Below are positions 34,429 through 46,900 of a stretch of 64,000 bases of DNA, piece after piece. A program made the translations under genes and the position numbers. Within the stretch, counting starts at the first letter, position 1; the number at the start of each line of letters is the position of its first letter. The notes under the pieces are model-generated. The model saw only the letters and a program-made list of their open reading frames with translations, was not told the DNA's origin and searched no databases. Source of the DNA: Stylophora pistillata (taxonomy: Eukaryota); NCBI RefSeq assembly GCF_002571385.2, contig NW_019217845.1:165452-229451 (forward strand), written 5' to 3'.

Positions 34429-37400
34429 ATGGCTTCCAAACTATTTCTAGTTTTTGTTCTTCTCATTTCTTTCGCGTTATATTCGTTTTCAAAACCGGCT
34501 CATGAAGAAAATGGTTTCACATCTTGGGTGATGCGTTTAGAAAGCGAGGTACGGAACGGAATATTGTCAACTGGCCTTTGTTCAGCTTGTAAACTATTGA
34601 CGTTTGTAGCTCAAATTGCGCTCTTGACAAACAAAATCGAGGCGGACGTGGTTTACGAAGCCCAGTTAGTCTGTAAAAAACTGAAGATTGAGGATTCCCG
34701 AGTTTGTACAGCTGTTATCTTAGAGTTTCGAAACGAAATATTGACAGTCGCCGACAAAGTGTTCCTCGACCCGATTGAAGTTTGTGGAAGTCTGTTAGGT
34801 CCCTCATGTGCTCATGCCAGAGATCCTGGGAAATTTTGGAATTTAACCGTGCCTGGAAATAAGCCACCAGTTAAACCTGTTCCACCTCCAAAGGTTGGTT
34901 TTTCTACTTAATGATTTCGTACAAGTGAGTCTTATATACTCCTATTATAGGAGTGTCTCTGTAACGGTTTCAGTTTTTGTTTACAGACGCTTATCTTGTT
35001 TCCTACATTTGTGGATGGGAATTGTCACTCAAAATCTTAAGTTCTGCGAAATTTTAATAAAATTTTAAGAGTATCCCAGCCTTAGAGTTTTTGCAAAACC
35101 CATCCGTTGTGTGATTTTGCAAGGCCGAACGGGCAAGTAACCGGAGAAAAGAAGTAAAATGATATCTGAATCAGGTGACATGGAAATTTCAGTCTTGTAA
35201 CTTGTTCAATTACGCCGCTTACGTAACGCATCGTTCTCAACAAGAGTTACCTACTTGCAAAATTTACTCGGTAAACTACTGAAAATAACTATACGACCCC
35301 TATAACGACGATTTGGCACGTAAAATGGCCTGATTCTCTGGAAACAAAGAGAATGATCACATGACAACTGAAATATTATCGTAGATTAATTAATTTTAGA
35401 GATACTGACCCCTTTGAAAAGATATTGTGAAATTTAATTCAATTTTTGTGAGATTTCATTTAAGTATATGCTTTAGACTGAGATTTTAGTTCTGATCACT
35501 CAGGAATGAAAGGGTTATTTCAGTTTTCTGATGTAGATATGTAGATGGAGAGTTATAGATTATTGAGTGAAAGATTTTTCTTTCTTCTTAGCCTGGCTCA
35601 CCAATTTCCCGTGTGCTACACTTTTCTGACGTTCATCTTGATTATTTGTATCAAGAAGGAGGTAACCCTGATTGTGGCGAGCCTCTGTGTTGTCGCAAAA
35701 ATGATAAGCCTCCAGGTATGTTGTGGTATTTCCGACATTCATGACTGCTACAGATCAGTTCCATACAGTCTCTAAAAGATGAGACAAATAAATGCAGAGT
35801 AGATTTACCATTTTGTATAATGTGAAAATCAATGAGCCTAGCTTCTGAGAATAAGTGATGGTTTGATTTGGCACCATTGGTCTCAAAAGGCTCCCTATAA
35901 TGTAATTTGGGGAAATTCACCTTTCTGCTCAAAATTTCCACAACTGACAGAGAATATAATGACGTTGCCAACTCTGAATTGAAAGTTTCCTTTGCTTAAC
36001 CCCTCACACCATAGTATCAGCATGTATATTCTTGATACTCTTCTCTATATATTTCTTTGGGTACAGACAAGGAGAATTTGTTTAACAATCAAGAGCTTGT
36101 TAAGTTGGTGATCATTTCCTCTACTCTCCTGACCTCATTGTGTGATTCAGGGGTGATATTGTAAGGAGAAATTAGATGCTGGTCACTCTTACTGGTCAAA
36201 GGGGGTTAAATAAAGCTCAAAGCTTTTCTAAGGTGATTTTTGTGTAGGAAAAAAAAAACCCTGAAACCCCGTCCTGCATTAGTCTTTGATCTACAAGTCT
36301 GCATCATCTAGAAAGATACTGTTTTGATTACAGCACCTGGAAAGCCCAAAGCAGGAAAATACGGAGACTATCTCTGTGATATTCCGCTAATAACTTTCGA
36401 AAGTATGTTGCAGCACATCAGCAGTACACATCAGGTAAAGATATACAGAGTTCTAATATAATTGTTTTATCTTCTTATTTTTCGCTAGAATGGACATTGC
36501 CTGTATGCATTAAACACATGCTTCCTTTTTGTGGAAGGAAAGCTTTGATTTAAGGAATCAATTTATCGAGTTAAATGCTGCATTTTATATTTTTGTTCAC
36601 TTATCTTTGCTGTTGTTTATTTTACAGAACATTGATTATGCGATATGGACAGGAGACATTCCCCCGCACAACATTTGGAATCAGTCACGTGTGGATCAGG
36701 TGATGTTTACCTAATGCTTATATATACTAATAATGATGATGAGGTGTTACTCAAGGTCAATAATAATTGATTGCTCAAGGTCAATGATAATTGAAGGTAA
36801 AAAATAATCGCATTACAAGACCAACTGAATATTGCCCATGAGTAATACATGTAATTATCTTTTTTGTGCAGGAAGAGGCAATAAACCATGCCAGTCAACT
36901 CTTAGAGAAATATATGCCAGGTGTGAAAATATTCCCTGCTGTGGGCAACCATGAGGGTGCACCAGTAAATAGGTGGGTTGAAATTGTTAAATAACTATTA
37001 TAATAATTATTGTTTAAACTACCAATGAATTTAGAAATAAGAACTGTGCACTTTACAAAGTACAAGTACAAGGTGCTGTGCCATCCAGAAATACTAATTT
37101 ATTATATAACACACAGTTTTTGCAAAAAAATAAAAAAAGATATTTGTCTCTGGTCCTGTAAACTATTACTTATTCTGTTCTAGTTGGTATCTATTTATGA
37201 CTCTATTATATAATGTTACGAGTGCTAAATTTTTCATTCATTTGTATTTTGTTTACAGCTTTCCTCCACCATTCATTACTGGTGACAACTCAAACCAGTG
37301 GCTAAGAAATACTTTAGCTAATGACTGGATTCACTGGCTTCCAAATGATACAATTCCTACAATTCACAAGTGAGTCATTGTCCATAATTATTTAATTTTG

Positions 37401-40400
37401 AAATTTAAATGAATAAACTTTAGAGTGAGCTAAGGTGGATGGTTTTGTTAAGAATGACAAAAGGGTTAGCTGTGAAAACAAGTGACCTATCCTTGAGGGA
37501 GCTTGTCTAGGGTTATGAAGTAACTAGGAGTGTTGCTACTCCCCTTGGATGTTAGAGCATTGTGGGTCTAACTGCCATGTTTTGTGAGGTTTTCCAGGCA
37601 GTGAACTTGTACCCATGTTTTCTCGTGGCTGGAGAGAGGTGCTGTGAGTTTGGGATACTAATAGAATGCCCTTGCTAGGTTTCCAACTGAGATCTGTTAA
37701 TGTGTAGTCCAGTGAATAAGCCACTGAGCTACCAGCTACTGTAAATGTGGATCCCTTCCTATTTAATGTTTAATCCTTGGCAAGGTAATTTTGGTTTTAT
37801 CAACCAAGTTGATATATAAATGTAAATTGACCACCATAAAGAGTTTTGAAGTTGATGCTTCAAGCATTAGCCGGTTGTCAGTGAGAGCAACTGAAATAAA
37901 CCTGATGGAGGGCTAAGGGTCAAAACATCAGCCTTTGAAAGTCTTTACAATGGTCAATTTACATTTTTATTAACTTAGTTGATATAACCAAAATTTCGAC
38001 CTTACCTTAAGCACTGGCGAAGGGCTAACCCTCAAAACCTCTGTCAGTGTTTAAACTTTTTACAGTGATCAATTTACATTATCAACTTAGTTTATTAAAC
38101 CAAAATTACTTTGTTATACCCCCCCCACCAACCTTGCAACACAGTTTCTTTTAGAAACTTACCCCCTTTATTAATTCTTGGTAAGGTTAGATACATTTGT
38201 CATGGCTGTAATTGCTTGATATTGTTCTCTACCCTTAGAGGAATCTTCTACACAGTCTATTTGTCCAAAGGATTTAGGATAATTTCAATCAACATGAACT
38301 ACTGTAACAATATGAACTGGTATGTCAACCATTTAATATTTGGTCTAACAATTTTTTTTATATTTGATATTTATTTGCCCATATTATATTCATTTGAAAG
38401 AACAACACAACTATTTCATAACTGGTAATTTTTTACATGGTTCAATTGTTACTTTGATTTCCCGTCATGCATAAATTCACATAAATTCTGTATTAACCTC
38501 TTCCAGGTGGCTTTTAGTTGATAATTATGACCCTGCTCATCAACTACAGTGGTTGATAGACACTCTACAAGAGGCTGAAGACAATGGCGAAAAGGTTGGT
38601 TTTATCTAAGAGAGAGAGAGAGAGAGAGTGTTAAGCATTTCAAAATTAAAGTGAATGACACATTTTGTACCACACCTTCTCCTTCAGCTGTGATACCAAT
38701 ACACCACATTTAACAAAATGGTAAACACCACAACATGTACTATCGAGTTGTGGATGCACGCAGGAGGTTGCTAAACACTAAAGAAGTGTGAGAGCTGCAT
38801 GAAGCAATAGCCTAGAGCAACTCTAGTTCGTTGCAAAAATGGCAACCCTTTCGATGAAACCAGTACCATTCAGCTTGAGAAAAAATAGATGGGTCTGAAT
38901 GGAAAAGTTGTGAAGTATTTTGGGAAGTGACTTATCAAGTGTACTTTTCAAATTGTAGTTGTCTTGATAAATTTGAATTTTTCTCCTTAATCTTTTAACT
39001 CCCAGAAGTGATTAACATGTAACTTCTCCCTTTTATATCCATATATATATCTAGCAAACAGGTAATGAGAATACTCAAACTTATCAGGTAAAAGATGCTA
39101 TCTTGATCCAACACCAAATTCTCATAACTACTTTACAAGGAAATGTGTAGTAACTATAGGAGAGAATTAACAATCACATCTTGGAAGTGAAAGGGTTAAG
39201 CTTTACTCTAACAAGACTTAACAAGCATGCAGATGTCTGCTTATTTGATGGAGCTAAAAAGATATGAGCAAGATGTCTTCATGATTTCAGGTTCACATTA
39301 TCGGCCATATTCCTCCTGGAAGTGGTGATTGTCTCAAGCCATGGAGCTGGAATTACTACAAGATTATAAATCGTTATGAGAGTACAGTTACAGCACAGTT
39401 CTTTGCTCATACTCACTTAGATGAGTTTGAAATATTTTATGATGAAAAGACCAGGAGAAGACCTACAAAGTAAGAGCNNNNNNNNNNNNNNNNNNNNNNN
39501 NNNNNNNTGTATCCTAGAAGACTAGAATATCTATCCATTTCTTGATTATAGAAAGGTAGCAGATTCTCACATATTTTAAGACCATGAGTATTGGTCCGGC
39601 CGGGGCTTGAACCCTTAACCTCCCGCACAACAGAATCCGGCGCTCTAACCAAGAGGTTAATTGGCCATGGCAAAGGGTTTCAAAGCTGATGGTTTGGGTA
39701 TTGGCCTTTCGTCAGAGCGAATGACAAAGGGCCAATGCTTGAAATGTCAACTTTGAAACCCTTTAAGGTGGCCAATTTCCATCATCAACTCATGTGATAA
39801 AACCAAATTACCTTGTTACCCTCAGCATCACTGCACCACAGTTTCTTTAGAAACTGACCTCCCTTAATGGTTGTACCTATCTGGCTCACTGATAAACTGT
39901 TGATTATTCTTGACAGCATTGCCTTCATTGGACCAAGTGTTACAACTTACGAAGGCCTTAACCCTGGATACAGGATTTATGAAGTGGATGGTGATTATGC
40001 AAACAGTTCCAGGGTAAAATGAACTCTTCATTTTTTTTTTTTTTTTGTGCCATAATTTGCACCACCCTGCAAATGAGGCCCCTTCCATCAGTCACAATTT
40101 TCAAAGTAAAACAATCATTTTATGGTGTGGTTTACATGCAGACATTATATCTAAAGAATAATTATGTCTGGCCATGAGTTTGGAAAAATTCAACAAGTGC
40201 TTTCCCTTAAAATTGGGTGCCCTCTGAAACAAGCATTTATCTCCTGGAAAAAGTACACAGTCAGGTGCTTTTTTAAAATTTCTGCTAAAAGAAGCAGTGC
40301 TGATATGAAAGTGGTCACTTAATGTAGGGGGGCACTTATTTTTCTCTTGTACTGATTCTGCTGTAGTTGAAGCTTTAAAGTTATTAAATAAAGTGACAAT

Positions 40401-41646
40401 AGAAACAGGTTTTCTTTTTATCTCTACTATTTATGAAAGCAAAGGAGGAGAGGGCACCTGTCTGATATTATGACCAAAGGTGTGGGCACTTATTAGAGGG
40501 GAGGAACTTATTAAAGAAACGGTACATATGCAAGGAAAAATGGTATTTGCCTTGGGCACCAAATGAAGGATTTAAAAGAGAATAATTTGGAGGAACTTGA
40601 AGTGGTGATGTCTCCTCTGTTTCTACATTGATTATGTACTTAATTTGTATTCCTGAGATTTGTTTTTCCCATTGACCTTGTGTTTTTTTTTCCCCAAAGG
40701 CTATCCTCAACCATGAAACTTACATTTTGGACTTGGTGGAAGCAAACAAAGGGAATGTCGAGTGGAAATTGGAGTATTCTGCCAAGGTATAGTACAAAGA
40801 TAGTTGGAAAAAAGTGATGTTTATCTATTTTTTGGGGAGAAGAAATGAAAGCATCATTTTTATGACAGCTCTGTTGATTGTTGTCTTTTTCTTTTGTTAT
40901 ATTTACTTCATTAGGAGGCTTATGGAATGAAATCTCTTTTGCCTGAAGATTGGGATAAATTCGTACATCGCATGGCAAGCAATACAACCTTGTTCAATAC
41001 CTTCTACAAGTAAGTAGTGCAGAAAAAAAATTGTGGGTTGAATTTTCTTTTAATTGGTAGTCAGTATTCTTGTTTATGTGTTTACTAATGGTAGGTACGG
41101 ATGTTTTCAAGTTGTAAACCCAAAAGGGGAGGGGAGATTCATTTCTCTTAGGTGTAATTTTTCTTTACAGGAATACTGCTGAGTAATTCATTAAGATTGT
41201 GAGAATAAAGAAAATTATTGCCAACCTAAGTAACCTTGATTGTTAGACAAATTCTTCTTGTCACCACCAAAGGAAATGTATAGAGAACAGTATGGAGAAT
41301 ATGGGTACCGATGTAAGGGTGTAAAAGATTGGAAAAAAGTATGCCTGTGATATTTTAGTTGATTGTTTGATGTCAAGGCACTTCAGAAGTGGGTGATTTC
41401 TCCCTGAATGTCTCTGTTTGAGGTCCTTATTAATGATTTATTTCCTGGACTTAAAAGATTTGTTGAAATTTGTTTAGATTTTATTCAAAATCTGCACCAT
41501 CTGAGTCATGTGATGATAGTTGTCGTAAGTACACACTCTGCCGGCTGATGACTGGGCGTTCCCATGACGACAGTGCTTGCACCCTTAAAACAGCCCTAAC
41601 TCAAGAGGAGAAGAATTTCTTTGATCAATCTCTGAAATTTTGCTAA
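34429..41646 (+). CDS. SMPD1: Acid sphingomyelinase (sphingomyelin phosphodiesterase 1): signal peptide, saposin B domain, Pro-rich linker, metallophosphoesterase
   Basis: 13 exons: 34429-34893, 35592-35715, 36334-36434, 36628-36699, 36872-36972, 37259-37369, 38239-38319, 38507-38594, 39291-39469, 39917-40013, 40700-40786, 40915-41009, 41478-41646. Saposin CSAC...VC...VC; catalytic motifs [41 protein letters not shown]. Confidence 0.92.
35996..36210. mobile_element. TTAA-flanked MITE (TTAACCC...GGGTTAA family)
   Basis: ttaacccct...aggggggttaa-type termini with shared core ggagaatttgtttaacaatcaaga. Related copies ~38987-39199, ~41170-41290, ~47280-47455, ~50957-51140. Confidence 0.65.
37786..38170. 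mobile_element. Degenerate PLE terminal-repeat array (inverted plus tandem copies)
   Basis: Diverged matches to the hammerhead-bearing repeat (ctgatggagggcta..., ctggcgaagggctaaccctcaaaac, cagtttctttagaaact). A similar degenerate copy is at ~39672-39860. Confidence 0.65.
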
Positions 41647-41809
41647 AGTTAGAATCTCCATACAATTTTCTTGCAATTACAAATAATATAATACTTTGAA
41701 ATTATTATTTAAAGTATGAAAAAAAATGTTGATGACATGATACCATTTAGCTAAATTAATTGTTAGTATTTATGCCCCAATTTTTCTTTGCTTGACCATG
41801 CAAAACTGT

Positions 41810-42383
41810 AATAATTTGAGTATATCAACTTACATTAATTTGAGTATATCAACTTACATGCTGGCGCCTGAGTTGGTGGCGGTGGGGGTGGAGTAGTATG
41901 AGGAACAGACGGGCGTCCTGAATAAAAAAACTATCATTGGTTAGCATTGCTAAATATAAATGCATTGAGCTTCATCAGTAAATCGTTTACATCTCTATTT
42001 TGTCAGTAATAACTACATACAATTCGCACAAGATTCAAGTTCAATCAAAATTTGGGCTGAGAAAGTGATGGCTGCTCTGATCTCCAAGTGTTACTCCAGG
42101 AGTACCATGATATCTTGGTTTTTATTTATAATAATTTGAATATATCAACAAAGTTGAAATGGTAAATTGGCCACTGTTACAATTATAAAAGCTGACGTTT
42201 CGAGCGTTAGCCCTTCGTCGGAGCGAATAGAGGAATTGTGGGTTGTGTGTGCTTTTAAAGGAAGANTATATATATATATATTTTTTTTTTTGAACTTCAT
42301 GTATTCATCATATACTCAAATTATTTCGTTACCTCCACCGACACAGCCCCAAACAGTTTCTTTGGAAACTATCAGCCTTTATT
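41810..42383. mobile_element. PLE-derived insertion carrying a duplicated host segment (copy of 3789-4060, including a matrix-gene exon)
   Basis: 41852-42130 matches 3789-4060 with few differences, followed by an inverted PLE repeat with hammerhead (42191-42224), an N, and the PLE 3' end. Flanked by CATGCAAAACTGT (41797-41809) and CATGCGAAACTGT (42384-42396). Confidence 0.85.
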
Positions 42384-43913
42384 CATGCGAAACTGTGTTT
42401 ATATTTTGAGAGTTTTCATTTTCTAGTTGCACTTGGTTGATCCAAATGATACTAAAAAAATAAGTTATCTAACCTTTGAAACTCGCCATCTTCTCATTGT
42501 GAGAACATTTTGTATAAAGGAGGTATTTAAACGGTAATTAAACCATGGTCAGGTTAAGCTATTAAACTAGAAATATGAACTATTTTAAACCTTGTGGTAC
42601 TAAAAATTTCTTATTCATTCGTCACAATGAAAATAAATGAAATATCTTTTTTGGTGTGTGTGTTATGTTCATTCCCTCAAAGTATGCAAATGGTTTCAAA
42701 GTGATCAGAATTCTTGTCCAAAAAACAATTAACAGGGCTGTGATCTGGCATTGTCTGGTGGCCCCTGGTGCCTTACTTTTTGCTCTTGGGCAACTCACGA
42801 ATTTTAGTTTTTTTCGTAAAAGCCTCTGCTGGGCACCCTGGATTTCACAAATTCAGGGCACTGGGCTCCATTCAATTTTCCTTTAGTGCACAGCCTTGAT
42901 AACCTTTCATTAGTTATTCAGCTGAGGGAGCTGCAGAACGTTAAAGGGCATGTTGCTTGAACAACACTGGAATGTTTTTGTGTTGCTGTCACATGTTTTT
43001 ACAGCACAATACAAGTTGTGGCAAAAACTTTTTGGCAGAACTAAGAGTATGTTGCTTTCTAAAGTCAACTCTCTTCTTAAGGCTACCCCTGAGGGATGGG
43101 GAAGGTGGATGTTGTAAAGAGTTCACCCTTTTCGGAAGGGGAGCCAGATGTGATATGACAACTATAATTTTGGTATTGAAGGATGAAAAGCTTTTATTAA
43201 TAAAAAGGAGCTCTGTTTCCAAAAATGCTTCAAAGATGTGGGAGAGGGGGAGGGGCAATGACTGAAACCAAATGACTGAAACAAACAACTTGTTCAGTAA
43301 GATGCTGTTTGATGCTACAATACAATCATTACTAATCAATCCCTGGATGAGTGTAATTATTGACATTACAGCATGAATAGATCTGCATAATTGGTAAGTT
43401 GTGCATATCTCATGCATCTGATGATTCAAGAACCATCTAATTAGGAAAGATTTTAAACAGTTGAACCAGTGAAAATGGGGTAAATTAACCAACAGAGTCA
43501 GAAGAAAAATTATTTGCAACATGTGCTAGTAACTCTGGCAGTCAAGAACAAAGTCATTCAGGCAGTCCATGACTCCCAAGTGTGTGAGTTGTTCAGTAAG
43601 CCTGGTCGCCTCGATAGTCAGCTCCTAAGCTAGGCAGTCTTTCAAGCACTCAGACAGTAAGTCAGTTGTACAGTTAGTCAGCCAGATCAGTGAGTTAGAC
43701 CCTTAGTCCTTCGCTCGGTGACTTAGTCGTATCACTCGGGCGGTATGATGGCCTGATCCTGGCAGGCAGGAGGCGACTTCACCCCAGTCCGCTCTCCTCA
43801 CCTGTTTCGGATTCCACACGACGAGAACATGTAACAGCTTGTAGCAGTGCTGGGTGGAGTTTGCATAGCTCTTTTGGCTATGAGGCCTATGTGTGATCTT
43901 TCCATTAGTGAAA

Positions 43914-46900
43914 ATGACCGATCAACTCTCTCTAAAAGCTTTGCATATCATCATGGTTGGCGAGCACTTGAGAAGCCGGTTGCACAGCGAAGAAGAACCT
44001 CCAATGATCCGAGACCGGCGTTATCACCTCCGTATGTACCCTTGCTGTTTTGTGGGTCGAGACGTTGTTGACTGGTTGATAAAAAATGGTGACGCTAACA
44101 GTCGTGCAGGAGCTGTACAATGCATGGATATTCTTTTGGAAAATGGAGTAATCCATCACGGTAGGTGAAAAATAAGGACACTTATTCTGTGCTTCTTCAA
44201 AGCGCTCAAAGTGCATCAGCCCATGTCGACCTGGTAATCCAAGGCTAAGCTGCTAATTAATCTTACAACTTTCAAACAATACAATTTTTTAACAACACAG
44301 TACTTGCATTATTTTTCGGATTCGGCGAGAGGGAAGAATTTACTCACGCTATTATCGGTAAATTAGCCTGATGTGAAAGCACTTAGCTGAGAGAGAGATG
44401 TTTTGTGACGTATTGTGCTGAATGGCCTAAATCCAACTAACAGCCATAACAATGCAACGAGTATCGGATAAGCGTCTTTTCCAATGTTTTCACCTATGTA
44501 TAATTCCATACAAATAGAAACTTTACTGTCTTTACCATAGAATTCGCTCCGACGAAGGGCTAACGCTCGAAACGTCTGTTTTTACCATATCTTGGTTTGG
44601 TTTATACTGCATAGCACCTCAACTAAACCTAAGTCTTGACTTAATATGCCCGACGTAAGCCTGACTTAGTTAGTGTCATTTTGACATTTAGCACTGTCGT
44701 CCGTTTTGAACTTAACCGTAACCGATTAACGATTTGACAGACACGTTGTATTCCTTATCTTGCATTTGTAAGATTGATTACAGTTCTGGATCGAATGATT
44801 ATCTTTAAGGCTGACTTTAAGGGATCTTTAGCAATGTAACATGTGGAATCTATTGGTTTAATAATTAATTTGAAAATCTTAATCATACAAGCATTTTGAT
44901 TGGTTTTTACTAATGATCCATTGGAGGACAGACGCATAGATAAAATCACCATTAGAAGATTTTTTTTCACATTAGACAAATAGATTCCATGTTGCCATGC
45001 ATCTGTTCAGTTATAGTTAACAGAAGACATCAAAATCTGCTAAGAATGTTAGGGACACACTTGACTGCATCTTGTGAGCCACTTTCTTGTTCTTACCACA
45101 TTTTGACATAATTAATCTGTGATACATCACTGAACAGTTGTAGGGTAGGTAAAGGTAAAGCCTGCTTACAAGCCAAGTGGCCCATCGGGCTGTTGCTGAA
45201 ATCTGGTTTCCGTAGCATGAAGCAACTAGCAGTATTTCTACTCCCCCCTAGATGGGATGCTAGTCCATCACAGGGTTACCCCCAGCATTCAGTTAAATTC
45301 ACTGGAATCCATTTATACTCCTGGGTGAAGAGAAGCACTGTGAGAGTGAAGTGCCTTGCCTAAGAACACAACACAATGTGCCCAGCCAGGGCTTGAACCT
45401 GGACCACTTGATCCAGAGTCGAGTGCACTAACCATGAGGCCACCATGTCTCCTTAGACGTAGGGTATTATAGAACCTATGTGTTAAACACTTGAGGGGTT
45501 GATTTGGCACACCAAGTTCCCATGTCATTTGATGCAACTTCTAGAATGCTGACCATTTAGCCATGTCTCCAGCAGCAATTTTGCTTTTAAAGACTTAACT
45601 ATAATCTAACTCCTCTCTTCTCTTTTCCTCTTTGACAGTTGTCGATGACCATCGTTTCAAAGATGAGATGTTGTTTTACAGATTTCGAAGAGATGACAAT
45701 ACAGCTGTGAAAAACTCTGACCTTGAAGTGATATTTAAGGGTTGTGATATTTACTACAGGTGAGGTGAAATTAATGAAAGAATTCTTAAAGCTGGTCATT
45801 CATATTTTGTGACAACTCAGGTCTCTCTGCTTGAATTGAATATGATAAATTAAGTGCACTAAGGCAATGGATCTTTTGTCCACCAGTTCTCCCTTCTTGT
45901 CCTTGTGGTTTTTAAGGATGTATAATAGTGTAGGACTGAAACAGTAAATCTCTACCCATAGGGTGTATATGTTACAAAAAAAAAAAAAAAATGGGTCTTC
46001 ACTGGATATTGATTAGTGTGTTTATCTGTGGGAGTTTGTTTTCATATAGCCTGCAGTGCTGGCTTCTTATGAGGGCCAGTTAATGGTATTAGCTCATGAT
46101 CGTTTATCCGGTTATCCGGTTAGCTCAATGGATAGAGTGCTGGACTGTTGTGTGGGAGGTTAAGGGTTGGAGCCCCAGCCGGACCAACACTCAGGGTCTT
46201 AAAGTAGTTGAAAAGAATTTTTTGCTACCTTTCTATAACATCAAGAAATGGTTAGATATTCTAGTCTTCTCAAATAGGGATGAATAAATGGAGGTCCTGT
46301 TTCCTGCAGGGTTGGGGTAGGAGACGTTAATTTCCCACACACAAGATTACTGTGTGATGGATGTCCTCCCCTGGGTTGGGACGGGTGGGTTGTTTAGGAG
46401 TCTCATTACTGGAACATTAGTTCTGTGAGATCTCTCCTGCCAAATCTGGCAAAGTTTATAAATATTAAATACTAAAAAAAAAAAAATAGATTCAGAGTGG
46501 ATGGTGGGGGCAGGTGGCAGGGGATAAGGGCAAGAAGAATCCACCACCCCAGCCCCTTACCTTATTTCTGACCATCACCCATCCTCTTGGAAAAAATTTT
46601 TCTCTCTCTCCCCAGCCTTCTGCTGCCTTTAATATCAAAGATGGTCAGTGGACATTTATTGCTCAGTGAAAAAATACTGAGCACTGGCTCGCCCAAATTA
46701 CCCCTGCTCGACCTGCTATCCAACAGATAGATCGCTATCCAGTGGACAAGTGATAGCAAAATGTACTGCACTATCCACTGGATAGAGATTTATTCAGTGA
46801 ACAGCATTCTCCAACCTCTGAAACCTTGGCCTGATAAAGTAATTCCTCCATTCACTCGCAAGATTTCAAAGAGTAAAGCTCATCCCATTTGTAAAAAAAC

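Noticed and set aside
42957-43522. 177-aa and 102-aa ORFs upstream of DEPTOR
   Set aside because: No recognisable motifs or supporting splice structure; probably chance ORFs in promoter or 5' intron sequence
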